Part shown: positions 1 through 8,045 of the stretch, in pieces
How positions within the stretch are numbered: position 1 is the stretch's first letter
Layout of the letters: the number at the start of each line of letters is the position of its first letter
From: a virus
Lineage: Duplodnaviria; Caudoviricetes
IMG/VR virus record: IMGVR_UViG_3300020598_000039
Span: 1 to 31,917 of that record
Length of the DNA stretch: 31,917 nt
Strand: one strand, 5' to 3'
Notes under the pieces: generated by a model
What the model was told of the DNA's origin: nothing
What the model saw: the letters and a program-made list of their open reading frames with translations, nothing else
The model's database searches: none
Translations under genes and position numbers: made by a program

Positions 1-365
1 AGTCTCCCGAGCGCCGGCGCTGGCTCGCCGCCGGGGAGGGGCTCGTCGAGGAGCGTCGCGTGGAGAAGCGCACCGGCATCGAGGGCTGGTTCGACCCGCC
101 CGTGCGGCAGGACGAGCCCGCCGGGCCCCCGCTCCTGGCCGCGCCGCCGCGCTGGAAGCAGTCGGTGGCGATCTGGCTCGGCTTCTTCCCCGTGAACCTC
201 GCCTTCACCCTCCTGGTGGGGTGGCTGGTACCGCCGTTCGAGGAGCTCCCCGTCGTGCTGCGCGTGCTCGTCTCGACGCTGGTGCTGACGCCGATCATGT
301 CGTTCTGGGTGCTGCCCTGGGTGACGGGCCGTCTCTCGGGCTGGCTGCACGCGCCGCGACGCTGA
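1..365 (+). CDS. Host antibiotic biosynthesis monooxygenase (ABM)-like membrane protein, 5'-truncated at window edge
   Basis: Frame is open from base 3 (SPERRRWL...RTGIEGWFD...PPRWKQ...WLGFFP) followed by two hydrophobic helices, a pattern typical of the actinobacterial ABM-domain membrane family. Confidence 0.7.
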   Translation, partial: SPERRRWLAAGEGLVEERRVEKRTGIEGWFDPPVRQDEPAGPPLLAAPPRWKQSVAIWLGFFPVNLAFTLLVGWLVPPFEELPVVLRVLVSTLVLTPIMSFWVLPWVTGRLSGWLHAPRR

Positions 366-376
366 GAGCCGCGCGG

Positions 377-1135
377 TCAGACCCGGGCGGGGGCCGTCGC
401 CGGCCCGAGCCACCCGCGCAGCTCGGCCGGGCGATCGGTGATGATGCCGTCCACGCCCGCGTCGACGAGCGTGCGCCACGCGAGCTCGTCGTTCGCGGTC
501 CAGCCGAAGACCTTCAGCCCCGCGGCGTGCGCGGCCGGGACGAGCCCCCGGTCGGCGGCGACCAGCGCCACGGCCGGGCTGACCGCGGCGGCGTCGAGCT
601 CGGCGAGCAGCGGGAAGAGGTCGTCGCGCGGGTGTTCCACCAGCAGCGACCGCGGCACCTGCGGTGCGACGTCGCGCAGGGCCGCGACCGTCGCGGGGTC
701 GAAGCCCTGCACCACGAGGCGCCCGTCGAGCGCTGGGTCGTCCAGCACGCGCATCGTCACGGTGACGTCCTCGGCGGTCCAACGGCCCTTGTACTCGCAG
801 AGGATCCCGAGGCCGGGGTGGCGCCCGACCAGCGCCAGCACCTCCGCCAGCGTCGGGATGCGCTGCCCGGCGAACTCCGGGCCGAACCACGCGCCGGCGT
901 CGAGCGCCTGCAGCTCGTCCCGGGTGAGACCGCGCACCTCGCCGGAGCCGTCGGTGGTCGCGTCGACCGTGCCGTCGTGGATCACCATCGGGACGCCGTC
1001 GGCGCTGAGGTGGACGTCGAGCTCGATCATGGCGGCGCCCGCCCCGCCGGCGGCGTCGAAGGCCGCCAGTGTGTTCTGCGGGGCGTCGGCGGACGCGCCA
1101 CGGTGGGCGACGACGACGGGGCGGGGAATGTCCAC
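377..1135 (-). CDS. Host glycerophosphodiester phosphodiesterase (GDPD family)
   Basis: AHRGAS..APQNT, IELDVHLSADG, HD.TVD.TT, IPTLAEVL, WTAND and GVDGIITDRP motifs. The GTG start directly abuts the att core. Confidence 0.93.
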   Translation of the reverse strand: MDIPRPVVVAHRGASADAPQNTLAAFDAAGGAGAAMIELDVHLSADGVPMVIHDGTVDATTDGSGEVRGLTRDELQALDAGAWFGPEFAGQRIPTLAEVLALVGRHPGLGILCEYKGRWTAEDVTVTMRVLDDPALDGRLVVQGFDPATVAALRDVAPQVPRSLLVEHPRDDLFPLLAELDAAAVSPAVALVAADRGLVPAAHAAGLKVFGWTANDELAWRTLVDAGVDGIITDRPAELRGWLGPATAPARV

Positions 1136-1181
1136 GTGGGCCCCCAGGGGCTCGAACCCTGAACCCGCGGATTAAAAGTCC
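1136..1181. repeat. Left att core (46-bp duplicate of the tRNA-Lys 3' portion)
   Basis: GTGGGCCCCCAGGGGCTCGAACCCTGAACCCGCGGATTAAAAGTCC is identical to 31793-31838. Confidence 0.97.
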
Positions 1182-1201
1182 CTGACGCGGGGTGAATTCC
1201 G

Positions 1202-1329
1202 GTGCAGCCTCATGCAGTCACGCGAAGCGTTCTCGCAGGTCAGACGGCACTTCTGGGCCCTTCAGCAGTCTGGGCCGTGAAACCTCGTGAAGCCTCGTGT
1301 AGCGCCAGTCTGCTACACGGATGCTACAC
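1202..1329. promoter_or_regulatory. Left att arm: putative integrase arm-type and Xis-binding repeats
   Basis: TGCTACAC at 1311 and 1322 (11-bp period), an inverted near-copy GTGTAGCG at 1297, and 10-bp repeats GTGAAACCTC/GTGAAGCCTC (1277-1296) and GTGCAGCCTC (1202). The same TGCTACAC pair occurs at 31725/31736. Confidence 0.7.
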
Positions 1330-1367
1330 GGGACGTCGCCGGCGCCCAGGGCGTCACGGCGGTTGGC

Positions 1368-2555
1368 CTAGGCGCTGCGCCCGGCCCGGCGTGCGCGGCG
1401 TGCGGCCAGCTCGTCGACGCCCGCGGGCGCGGCCTTCGTGGCGCTCGCGGGCCCCGGGCCGAGGGCGGCGAGGACGTCGTTGGAGTCGAGGTCTGCGAGG
1501 TGCGCGTACCGCTGCGTCGTGATCGGCGAGACGTGGCCCAGAAGCTTCCCGACCTCGGCCAGGGGGCGGCCGCCCTGGATGAGCCACGAAGCGTAGGTGT
1601 GCCGCAGGTCGTGTACGCGCACCCGTCCGACGTCGGCGGCGCGCACCGCGGCCGCGAACGCCTTCGAGAAGCGCGCGTGGTCGACGATGGTGCCGTTCTC
1701 CGTCGTGAGCAGGAGAGGGCCGGGGCAGTGCCCCTCGATGTGCTCGTAGCCGCATTCGGCGCTCACGGCGGGCTGCTCGAGCGCGGAGAGGTCGATCCAG
1801 CCGGGGATCGGCACCTGCCGCCGCCGTCGGCCCTTCGGGTACGGCTTCATGTGCGCGCCGCGGACGGACCACGTCTCGACGACGTCGAGCACTCCACGCT
1901 TGGTGTCGATCCGTGCGCGGTGGAGCCCGGCGGCCTCACCCCATCGCAGGCCGGTGCCTGCGAGGAGCAGGGTCATGGCGAGGTGCTCGCCGTCGAGCTG
2001 CTGGCAGATCGCGTCGAGCTCGGCGTGGGTGAGGTATCGGTCCTTGACGGCGCCGCCGCTCGGGAGCGCGAGGCGGGCGGCCGGGTTCGCAGGCAGGATC
2101 TCGGCGTCGACGGCGGCCTTGAGGCTGATCGAGAGCACGTTCACGATGCGCTTGACGGTCTCTGCGGACCGGTGCCGCGTCGCGCCGGCGTCGGTCTCGT
2201 AGGTGCGTAGCTCGGCGGCCCACGCCTTGATGTCCTGCCGGGTGATGTCGATGAGGCGGACGTCGCCCCAGCGCGGCATGAGGTGCTGGTCGCGCCGCCC
2301 CTCGTCGGACTTGAGCGTCGACGCCGCGACGGTGCGTGTCGGCCACCACTCCTCGCACCACTCGCGCCAGGTGCGGCCGGCGGCGGCCGGGTCGCGCCAC
2401 CCGAGGTGTCGTGAGGCTTGTTCGGCGGCCGCGGCGGCGTTCGTCGCTGCGCGCTTGTGGGTGAACGGTCCGCCTTCGGCGGTCCGGACCTTGCCGTCCG
2501 GCCCGCGGTACTTGCCGATGTATCTTCCGGCCGTCGTCTTCACCGCCCAGGACAT
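1368..2555 (-). CDS. int: Tyrosine integrase (395 aa)
   Basis: N-terminal arm-binding region MSWAVKTTAGRY, then catalytic GLRWGE, HDLRHTYAS, LLGH and TQRY. The ATG at 2555 is coupled to the upstream stop (TGATG). Confidence 0.96.
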   Translation of the reverse strand: MSWAVKTTAGRYIGKYRGPDGKVRTAEGGPFTHKRAATNAAAAAEQASRHLGWRDPAAAGRTWREWCEEWWPTRTVAASTLKSDEGRRDQHLMPRWGDVRLIDITRQDIKAWAAELRTYETDAGATRHRSAETVKRIVNVLSISLKAAVDAEILPANPAARLALPSGGAVKDRYLTHAELDAICQQLDGEHLAMTLLLAGTGLRWGEAAGLHRARIDTKRGVLDVVETWSVRGAHMKPYPKGRRRRQVPIPGWIDLSALEQPAVSAECGYEHIEGHCPGPLLLTTENGTIVDHARFSKAFAAAVRAADVGRVRVHDLRHTYASWLIQGGRPLAEVGKLLGHVSPITTQRYAHLADLDSNDVLAALGPGPASATKAAPAGVDELAARRARRAGRSA

Positions 2556-3004
2556 CAGGCGCTCCTGTCGTTGAGGGATGCCCAGGGGGCGTGCCCCCAG
2601 GGGTGCATGTACGCGGAGGGCGTGGTCCGTCGCAGGACACGCTGGAAGGTTGCGACGACGCTCGCGTGGACGCCGAGCTCGTCGCCGATCGCGCCGGGGT
2701 GCGGCCCGCAGAGCTCCTCTGCTCGTGCATAGGCGTGCGGTGCGATGAGGAGGCCAGCGGCGTGCTCGTCGGCGAGCCGCTCGGCCTCGAGGTCTGCGTG
2801 GGGGTCGCCCGTGAACGTGTGCTCGTGCCAGGCATGTCCCAGCTCGTGGGCGAGCGTGTACCGCTGCTGGACGACGCTCATGAGCGAGTTCAGCGTGATC
2901 GTTCGTGCGTGGTGCTCGTAGACACCTCGCAGGTGCTCGCCCATGTTCCGGCTCCACTCAACGAAGACGCCGCGCTGGTGCGCGAGCGTCAGCAGTTCCC
3001 GCAA
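2555..3004 (-). CDS. ImmA/IrrE-family metallopeptidase (anti-repressor)
   Basis: RYTLAHELGH (HExxH) and E..AD..AA.LLI motifs, located between repressor and integrase. TTG start with an AGGGGG RBS. Confidence 0.9.
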   Translation of the reverse strand: MRELLTLAHQRGVFVEWSRNMGEHLRGVYEHHARTITLNSLMSVVQQRYTLAHELGHAWHEHTFTGDPHADLEAERLADEHAAGLLIAPHAYARAEELCGPHPGAIGDELGVHASVVATFQRVLRRTTPSAYMHPWGHAPWASLNDRSA

Positions 3005-3019
3005 ATCTCTGTCCCCCTG

Positions 3020-3406
3020 CTACTCCTGCTCGTCGAGGATCGACACCTCACTGTGGTGCGCGGCGGCGTCTACCGCGAACGGCTCTCCGTTGTCCCGGCG
3101 TGCGGTGCCGAACCGACCTGATACGACGTTCCCCGAAGCTGGCTTCGACGCGAGCTCGGCCGCTTCCTCGGCGCGGCGGACGACGTCAGAGAAGGCGAGC
3201 CCGAGCTGGTCCGAGAGCCTCCACACGTCGGCGACCGTGGCTGCCGACGCGCCGTCGGCCCGCTCGATGCGCCCCAGCGTCGATGCGGAGATGAGAGCGC
3301 GACGGGCGAGCTCGGCTCGGGTGAGGCCGCGGTTCGTCCTCCACGCGCGCAGTTCGCTGCCGAGGGCCTGGAGGAACACCTGCTCCGGACGGTCGCTGTC
3401 ATCCAT
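3020..3406 (-). CDS. XRE-family immunity repressor (ImmR/CI-like, 128 aa)
   Basis: HTH LRAWRTNRGLTRAELARRALISASTLGRIER, no S24 peptidase domain, divergent from the Cro-like gene. Confidence 0.88.
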   Translation of the reverse strand: MDDSDRPEQVFLQALGSELRAWRTNRGLTRAELARRALISASTLGRIERADGASAATVADVWRLSDQLGLAFSDVVRRAEEAAELASKPASGNVVSGRFGTARRDNGEPFAVDAAAHHSEVSILDEQE

Positions 3407-3497
3407 GGTTCGAAACGTACCGGCCAGGAAGCAATTGCACCAGATCTGGAACGCCGCGCTCTTGCACGTATCAAATCTGGCACGTAACGTTCCATCC
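3407..3497. promoter_or_regulatory. Divergent lysis/lysogeny promoters with two 16-bp dyad operators
   Basis: Rightward TTGCAC(3462)-N17-TAACGT(3485) lies 7 nt before ATG 3498. Leftward -10 TACGTT lies 7 nt before ATG 3406. Dyads are GCACCAGATCTGGAAC (3437-3452) and GTATCAAATCTGGCAC (3468-3483). Confidence 0.75.
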
Positions 3498-3788
3498 ATG
3501 GATACCGCAACCGCGTTTGACCCGACGGCCGTCGCCATCGGCCGTGCGGTGAAGGCCGCGCTCGCGGCGGCTGGCCGGTCGCAGGCAGACGTGGCCGACC
3601 AGAGCGAGATTGCGGCGAACACCTTCTCGAGGCGAGTGAACGGCCTCATCCCCTTCACGTTCCCCGAGCTGGTTCGCGTCGCGGCCGCGCTCGACGTCCC
3701 GCTGTCCTCGCTGATCGCCAGTGCCGAGGAGATCGCTGCGCGTGCCAACAAGCCTGCTCCCGCTGCCGCAGGGGCGTTGGCCGGATGA
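3498..3788 (+). CDS. Cro-like XRE HTH regulator
   Basis: GRSQADVADQSEIAANTFSRRVNG..PFTFPELVRVAAALDV HTH pattern; first gene of the rightward operon. Confidence 0.85.
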   Translation: MDTATAFDPTAVAIGRAVKAALAAAGRSQADVADQSEIAANTFSRRVNGLIPFTFPELVRVAAALDVPLSSLIASAEEIAARANKPAPAAAGALAG

Positions 3789-4024
3789 CGAACACGATCC
3801 GCCGGCTGACGCCGGCCGAGGTTGCGGGCGAGTTTCGCTGCCACCCCGTCACTGTTCGCAACGCCCTCGCCGGCGGCGAGCTTCACGGCTCGCAGCGCGT
3901 GAAGGGCGGTCGCTGGACCGTCGAGGAGGCATGCGCCGAGGCGTGGGTGTCCGGGCGGCCGTGCGGGCACCAGGGAGCCGACGTCGTCGAACTCAAGCGC
4001 GGTGCCGCTGTCAGGAAAACCTGA
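3785..4024 (+). CDS. Excisionase-like HTH (HTH_17) protein
   Basis: LTPAEVAGEFRCHPVTVRNALAGGELHG...GRWTV; ATGA coupling with the Cro-like gene. Confidence 0.8.
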   Translation: MTNTIRRLTPAEVAGEFRCHPVTVRNALAGGELHGSQRVKGGRWTVEEACAEAWVSGRPCGHQGADVVELKRGAAVRKT

Positions 4025-4135
4025 CCGGACCAGGGGCCGTCAGGATTTCCTGACGGCCTCGGCAGCAGACAGCACGAAGCCCCCGCGCCGACCAGGGCAA
4101 TGACGGGGGCTCCGAACTCACCGAGGAGTCTACAG

Positions 4136-4405
4136 ATGACCACCACCCACACCACCACGCCCCGCCCGATCCAGGTCCCGTTCCAGCTCTACACGCTGTC
4201 GGCGGAGCCCGACACCATGTGCTCGCCGGCCGAGCCGGCGGTGCACCTCGACGAGAAGGGCCACGACGGCCGGCACCTCCAGTCGCACGTGCTCAGGCCC
4301 GCGCAGGCGCGCGAGCTCGCGGCGCAGCTGGTGAAGGCCGCGGACATGTCGGAGTCGCGCGGCCAGGACGCCCGCCTCGTCGAGTCGTTCGGCAGCGCCC
4401 GATGA
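4136..4405 (+). CDS. Phage hypothetical protein
   Basis: GAGGAG RBS before ATG 4136; L.PAQARELAAQLVKAAD motif common in actinophage early proteins. Confidence 0.7.
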   Translation: MTTTHTTTPRPIQVPFQLYTLSAEPDTMCSPAEPAVHLDEKGHDGRHLQSHVLRPAQARELAAQLVKAADMSESRGQDARLVESFGSAR

Positions 4406-4515
4406 ACGCGGCCTACGACCCGACCCTCACGGGCGCCCTGTACCTCGCCTGCCTGCTGGTGTGGTCCTGGTCCGGCGCGATGCTCCGCGCCTGGGCGAAG
4501 GGCGCGGCCCGATGA
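4402..4515 (+). CDS. Small membrane protein (37 aa)
   Basis: ATGA overlaps at both ends; one hydrophobic segment. Confidence 0.6.
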   Translation: MNAAYDPTLTGALYLACLLVWSWSGAMLRAWAKGAAR

Positions 4516-4877
4516 GCGCCGCGCCCACCGTCGACGAGCTGCTCGCCGAGCACGCACCGACCAACAGCCTCGCCGCCCTCGCCGCGACTACTCCGCGCAG
4601 CGACGACGGCGAGCCCCGTGACCTCACCTCGCAGGGGGAGGAGAGGACGGCCGGCGCGCCCCGTGTGACGAGCACCGCGGAGCGCGCCGCCCGGCACCCC
4701 CTCGGCGTCGCGATGGTGCTCGCCCTGGCGCTCGCGGCCGTCTACCTCGGCGTCGCCGTCGAGCTGACCGCCCCGCTCATGTCCGGCGGCCAGCTCATCG
4801 CCGGGCCCGTCCTGATCGTGGGCGGCGGACTGCTGCTCGCCCGTCTCGTGCACGTCCAGCTGCGGAGGACCCGATGA
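4512..4877 (+). CDS. Hypothetical membrane protein (2 C-terminal TM)
   Basis: ATGA-coupled; two hydrophobic helices. Confidence 0.7.
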   Translation: MSAAPTVDELLAEHAPTNSLAALAATTPRSDDGEPRDLTSQGEERTAGAPRVTSTAERAARHPLGVAMVLALALAAVYLGVAVELTAPLMSGGQLIAGPVLIVGGGLLLARLVHVQLRRTR

Positions 4878-5170
4878 CCACGACCATGCCTCACCGCTTC
4901 GACCAGTGCGACGCGACGTGCACGACGGACTGCGGGCACTGCAAGGGCAACGCCGTGCTCAAGGCCGCCGCCGAGGCTGTTCGCGACACCCTCAACGACG
5001 AGCGCCCCGTCACCGGGCTCGACTACCTGATCGCGGCCGCGGTGCTCGGCACGTTGCCCGAGCACTTCGACCTCGTCGCTGACGTCGTCTACAACACCGC
5101 CGGCATCGACGACGACTGCGACGACGTCGCCAAGGCCGTGTTGCGCGAGCTCGCTGGCGGTGCCGCATGA
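4874..5170 (+). CDS. Hypothetical protein with Cys-rich N-terminus
   Basis: ATGA-coupled; HRFDQCDATCTTDCGHC. Confidence 0.7.
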   Translation: MTTTMPHRFDQCDATCTTDCGHCKGNAVLKAAAEAVRDTLNDERPVTGLDYLIAAAVLGTLPEHFDLVADVVYNTAGIDDDCDDVAKAVLRELAGGAA

Positions 5171-5520
5171 GCACGCCGACCCTGACCCCGGCGGAGGCGG
5201 GCGCTCGCGGCCGTGACCTATCGATCGCGGCGCGCCGGCGGGAGGAGGTCGCGGCGGGCCTCGCGGTGATCGCTGCCGCGGTACCCGCGGGCTGGACGCT
5301 CTCGGTGAACGACGTGCGCGAGCAGCTCGACGCGATCCGCTTCCCGAACCGGTCCCGCGCCGGCCTGTTCACCCGGGCCGTCGCGGACGGGCTCCTGATT
5401 CCCGTGTTCTACGACGGCACCGACGACCAGCGCACCGTGCCCTCCACCGGGTACAGCGCGCACGCCGCCCGCGTGAAGGTCTACCGCCGCACCCACCTGC
5501 CCTACCGGTCGGGCGGGTAG
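5167..5520 (+). CDS. Phage hypothetical protein
   Basis: ATGA-coupled; GC3-biased codons. Confidence 0.7.
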   Translation: MSTPTLTPAEAGARGRDLSIAARRREEVAAGLAVIAAAVPAGWTLSVNDVREQLDAIRFPNRSRAGLFTRAVADGLLIPVFYDGTDDQRTVPSTGYSAHAARVKVYRRTHLPYRSGG

Positions 5521-5525
5521 CCACG

Positions 5526-5786
5526 GTGCCCCGCCTGCGCGCGATCGACGAGCACGTCGCCGCGATGCGGCAGCTCAACGGCCGCCTCGTCGATCCGCCC
5601 CGCGGCGCCTGGTGCCCGATCCACGACACCCAGCGCACACCGTGCACCGCGTGCGCCGGCGACCACCGGGCAGGCGAGCACCACTCCCTGCCGCCCCTGC
5701 CGTCCTGCCGGCACTGCACCACTGCCCGCACCACCCCGCCGCCCACCGTCGACGTCCCGGCGCTCGCGGCCCGCAACGACGCATGA
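5526..5786 (+). CDS. Cys/His-rich putative Zn-binding protein
   Basis: CPIH...CTAC...CRHC; coupled to the next gene. Confidence 0.6.
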   Translation: MPRLRAIDEHVAAMRQLNGRLVDPPRGAWCPIHDTQRTPCTACAGDHRAGEHHSLPPLPSCRHCTTARTTPPPTVDVPALAARNDA

Positions 5787-6250
5787 CCACCGAGGAGAAC
5801 CCCGTGACCACCATCCCCACGCCGCGCGACCTGCTCGGCGCCGTCAGCCCCGACCCGGCACCCGTCCCTCTGCGCTCGGCAACCGAGGCCGAGCTCGTCG
5901 ACCTCGCCCGCGTCCAGGCGCTCTCCGTGCACGCCGGCCTCACGTTCGCCGACGGCGGGCCGGTGCCCGGCCTGCCCGTGCTCGACGCGCCGGCCCGCGT
6001 GGACGAGCCGAAGCCGGCGCCCCGCCGCCGCGGCGTCGTCGTCGAGGTGCGCGCGCTCGACGCGACCGGCGCGCCCACGACGCGCGAGGTGATCTTCGAG
6101 ACCGCAACGCGCTGGTCGATCGCCCCGGCCGGCGCCCTGCGGGTGTACGACGGCCCGACCGAGGAGAAGGCGTTCAACCAGCACGTGTGGGTCTCCGTCG
6201 ACTGGCTGTACGACGCCGTCCCCGCGACCCGCGAGGCGGCCGACCGATGA
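5783..6250 (+). CDS. Phage hypothetical protein
   Basis: ATGA overlap at 5783; an alternative GTG start follows GAGGAG slightly downstream. Confidence 0.65.
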   Translation: MTTEENPVTTIPTPRDLLGAVSPDPAPVPLRSATEAELVDLARVQALSVHAGLTFADGGPVPGLPVLDAPARVDEPKPAPRRRGVVVEVRALDATGAPTTREVIFETATRWSIAPAGALRVYDGPTEEKAFNQHVWVSVDWLYDAVPATREAADR

Positions 6251-6438
6251 AGACGAAGATCGGCCGCCCCAAGGTCACGATGCAGCCCGTCAACCGCGAC
6301 GACCCGCGCGGTCTGTGGACGGCGTCGTGCGCCCACTGCGACTGGACGGCGACGAGCGTGAAGTCGTACCTCTCCGGCACCGAGATGCCCTACCACCGCG
6401 GCAAGCACCGCGACGGCCAGATCGAGGTGACCCGATGA
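6247..6438 (+). CDS. Small C2H2-like Zn-finger protein
   Basis: WTASCAHCDW...HRGKH; ATGA-coupled. Confidence 0.65.
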   Translation: MKTKIGRPKVTMQPVNRDDPRGLWTASCAHCDWTATSVKSYLSGTEMPYHRGKHRDGQIEVTR

Positions 6439-6875
6439 CCGTGCGCCTCTCCGACCAATTCACCGAGAACGAGCGCGAGTACGTCGCCGGCCTCCGCGTC
6501 CGATCGTTCTACGGCGCGGCCGTGGCCGCCCACGCGCCCGCCCGCCGACCCGCCACGGGCGAGGTGCCCGGCCTCCGCACGATGGCCACCGCGCACCTCA
6601 ACGCCGGCGTCCGCGACGCCCGCCGCATCCTCTCCGAGGCGCTCGCGGCCGCGCAGCACGACGCCACGACGACGCTCGCCGGCTGGGTGCAGCTCTACAC
6701 GCACGCCGCGCTCTGCCCGGGCTTCGACGAGGACGAGCTGCGGTTCGTCGCGTCGCGCCTCATGCACCTCGAGGGCGCGCGGATCCTGCCCGAGGGCGTC
6801 GGCGTCGACGGGTGCGTCGCCCTGCTCGAGGGCTGGGCCCGCCGTCAGCGCCTCGCCGCCGGCGGTGCCCGATGA
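6435..6875 (+). CDS. Phage hypothetical protein
   Basis: GAGG RBS and ATGA coupling. Confidence 0.65.
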   Translation: MTVRLSDQFTENEREYVAGLRVRSFYGAAVAAHAPARRPATGEVPGLRTMATAHLNAGVRDARRILSEALAAAQHDATTTLAGWVQLYTHAALCPGFDEDELRFVASRLMHLEGARILPEGVGVDGCVALLEGWARRQRLAAGGAR

Positions 6876-7639
6876 GGGCCGCCGGCAGCACCGCCGCTGG
6901 CGGCGTCGTGGGCCTCGCCCCGCTGGCGCTCCCCACGGGCCGGTCGGACGTCGACCTGGACGCTGTGAGGGAGCGCCGCGAGGCCGAGAAGGCCCGCCGG
7001 GCGGCGACGAACCCGTTCGCCCAGCCGTCGGGCCAGCCCCGATCGATGTCGGCCTCCCGCGCGCTCGCCGGCGCCTTGGTCGACACCGAGTACGAGAAGG
7101 CCGCGTTCACGACGCCGCCGCCCGCCCCGATCGCCTCCGAGGAGGTGCCCGTGCTTACACCGAAGCCCACCTTCGAGACGTTCGAGAAGCCTGCCCCCCG
7201 CCGTGGTCCGCGTCCTGGCGAGTCCAAGGCGTCGCGCGAGATCCGCAATCGGCAGATCGTCGCCCTGTACGCGTCCGCCGACGAGGTGCTGACGATGCAG
7301 GACGTCGCCGACCGCGTCGGGGTCTCGCTCTCGACGGTGTCCAACGTTCTCAAGGCCGCCGGCGTCGAGGTGCGTCGCCGGCAGGCGGCCAAGCCGACCC
7401 CGCCGTCGAAGATCGCCGAGCGACTCGCCGCCCGGCCGGACGCGGCCCCCGCGCCAGCCCCTCGGCCGAGCGTGCGCCGCGTCCGCACCCTCGACGGAGA
7501 GCTCGGCCGCGGGTTCATCTGGACCTGCCCCGGCCACGAGGCCGGCGTGCAGCTCTGCATCAAGGTCTCGTTCAAGGTCGCCGTCGCGGACCTCGACGAG
7601 CACCTCCGCAAGGAGCACCCGAAGGAGGCCGCCGCGTGA
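6872..7639 (+). CDS. HTH DNA-binding protein with C-terminal Cys/His motif
   Basis: RNRQIVALY...LTMQDVADRVGVSLSTVSNVLKAAGV HTH; C-terminal WTCPGH...C...HLRKEH. Confidence 0.75.
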   Translation: MRAAGSTAAGGVVGLAPLALPTGRSDVDLDAVRERREAEKARRAATNPFAQPSGQPRSMSASRALAGALVDTEYEKAAFTTPPPAPIASEEVPVLTPKPTFETFEKPAPRRGPRPGESKASREIRNRQIVALYASADEVLTMQDVADRVGVSLSTVSNVLKAAGVEVRRRQAAKPTPPSKIAERLAARPDAAPAPAPRPSVRRVRTLDGELGRGFIWTCPGHEAGVQLCIKVSFKVAVADLDEHLRKEHPKEAAA

Positions 7640-7938
7640 GGTCCGCGATCTTCGCGCACGCGGCCGCCCAGTGGTCGGAGATGCGCGCCGAGTTCGACGT
7701 CGTCCTCGAGGCCGCCTACGCGAAGGCCGAGGAGGGCTCGCACGGGAAGGTGCTCAACGCACGCGGCCGTCGTGAGGGGATCGATCCCTTCTCGCTCCTG
7801 ACCGGCCCGTGGTCGCGCGTGGCCGCCTACGCCGCGCCCGAGCTGATCGAGCACTTCGAGAAGGCCGGCCGCCCGTCCCTCGCGCAGTTCGAGCGCGAGT
7901 GGCTCGCCGCCCGCACGACGTGGGAGGCCGCCGCGTGA
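7636..7938 (+). CDS. Conserved actinophage hypothetical protein
   Basis: GTGA overlap with GGAGG RBS; LNARGRREGIDPFSLLTGP...AYAAPELIEHF pattern. Confidence 0.75.
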   Translation: MRSAIFAHAAAQWSEMRAEFDVVLEAAYAKAEEGSHGKVLNARGRREGIDPFSLLTGPWSRVAAYAAPELIEHFEKAGRPSLAQFEREWLAARTTWEAAA

Positions 7939-8045
7939 CCGCCCCGGAGTGGCTCGGCGCCGCGATCTGCCTCGTGGCGCTCGCGGCCATCGCCTACGCC
8001 GTCGCCCGCGTGTGCAAGCGCCGGCGCCGGGACGGCCGCCGATGA
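7935..8045 (+). CDS. Small single-TM protein
   Basis: GGAGG RBS, GTGA overlap, hydrophobic helix followed by a basic tail. Confidence 0.6.
   Translation: MTAPEWLGAAICLVALAAIAYAVARVCKRRRRDGRR

Noticed and set aside
1136-1181. Second tRNA gene at the left junction
   Set aside because: Only the anticodon arm to the 3' end is present; the D-arm and 5' acceptor strand are missing, so it is the att duplicate.
2556-2957. 134-aa N-terminal extension of the integrase in the ORF track (529 aa)
   Set aside because: It overlaps the ImmA gene in another frame and is low-complexity Arg-rich; the ATG at 2555 is coupled to the ImmA stop.
3020-3406. BPs-type integration-dependent immunity (attP inside the repressor gene)
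   Set aside because: The att core lies downstream of int, about 1.8 kb from the repressor, and does not truncate it.
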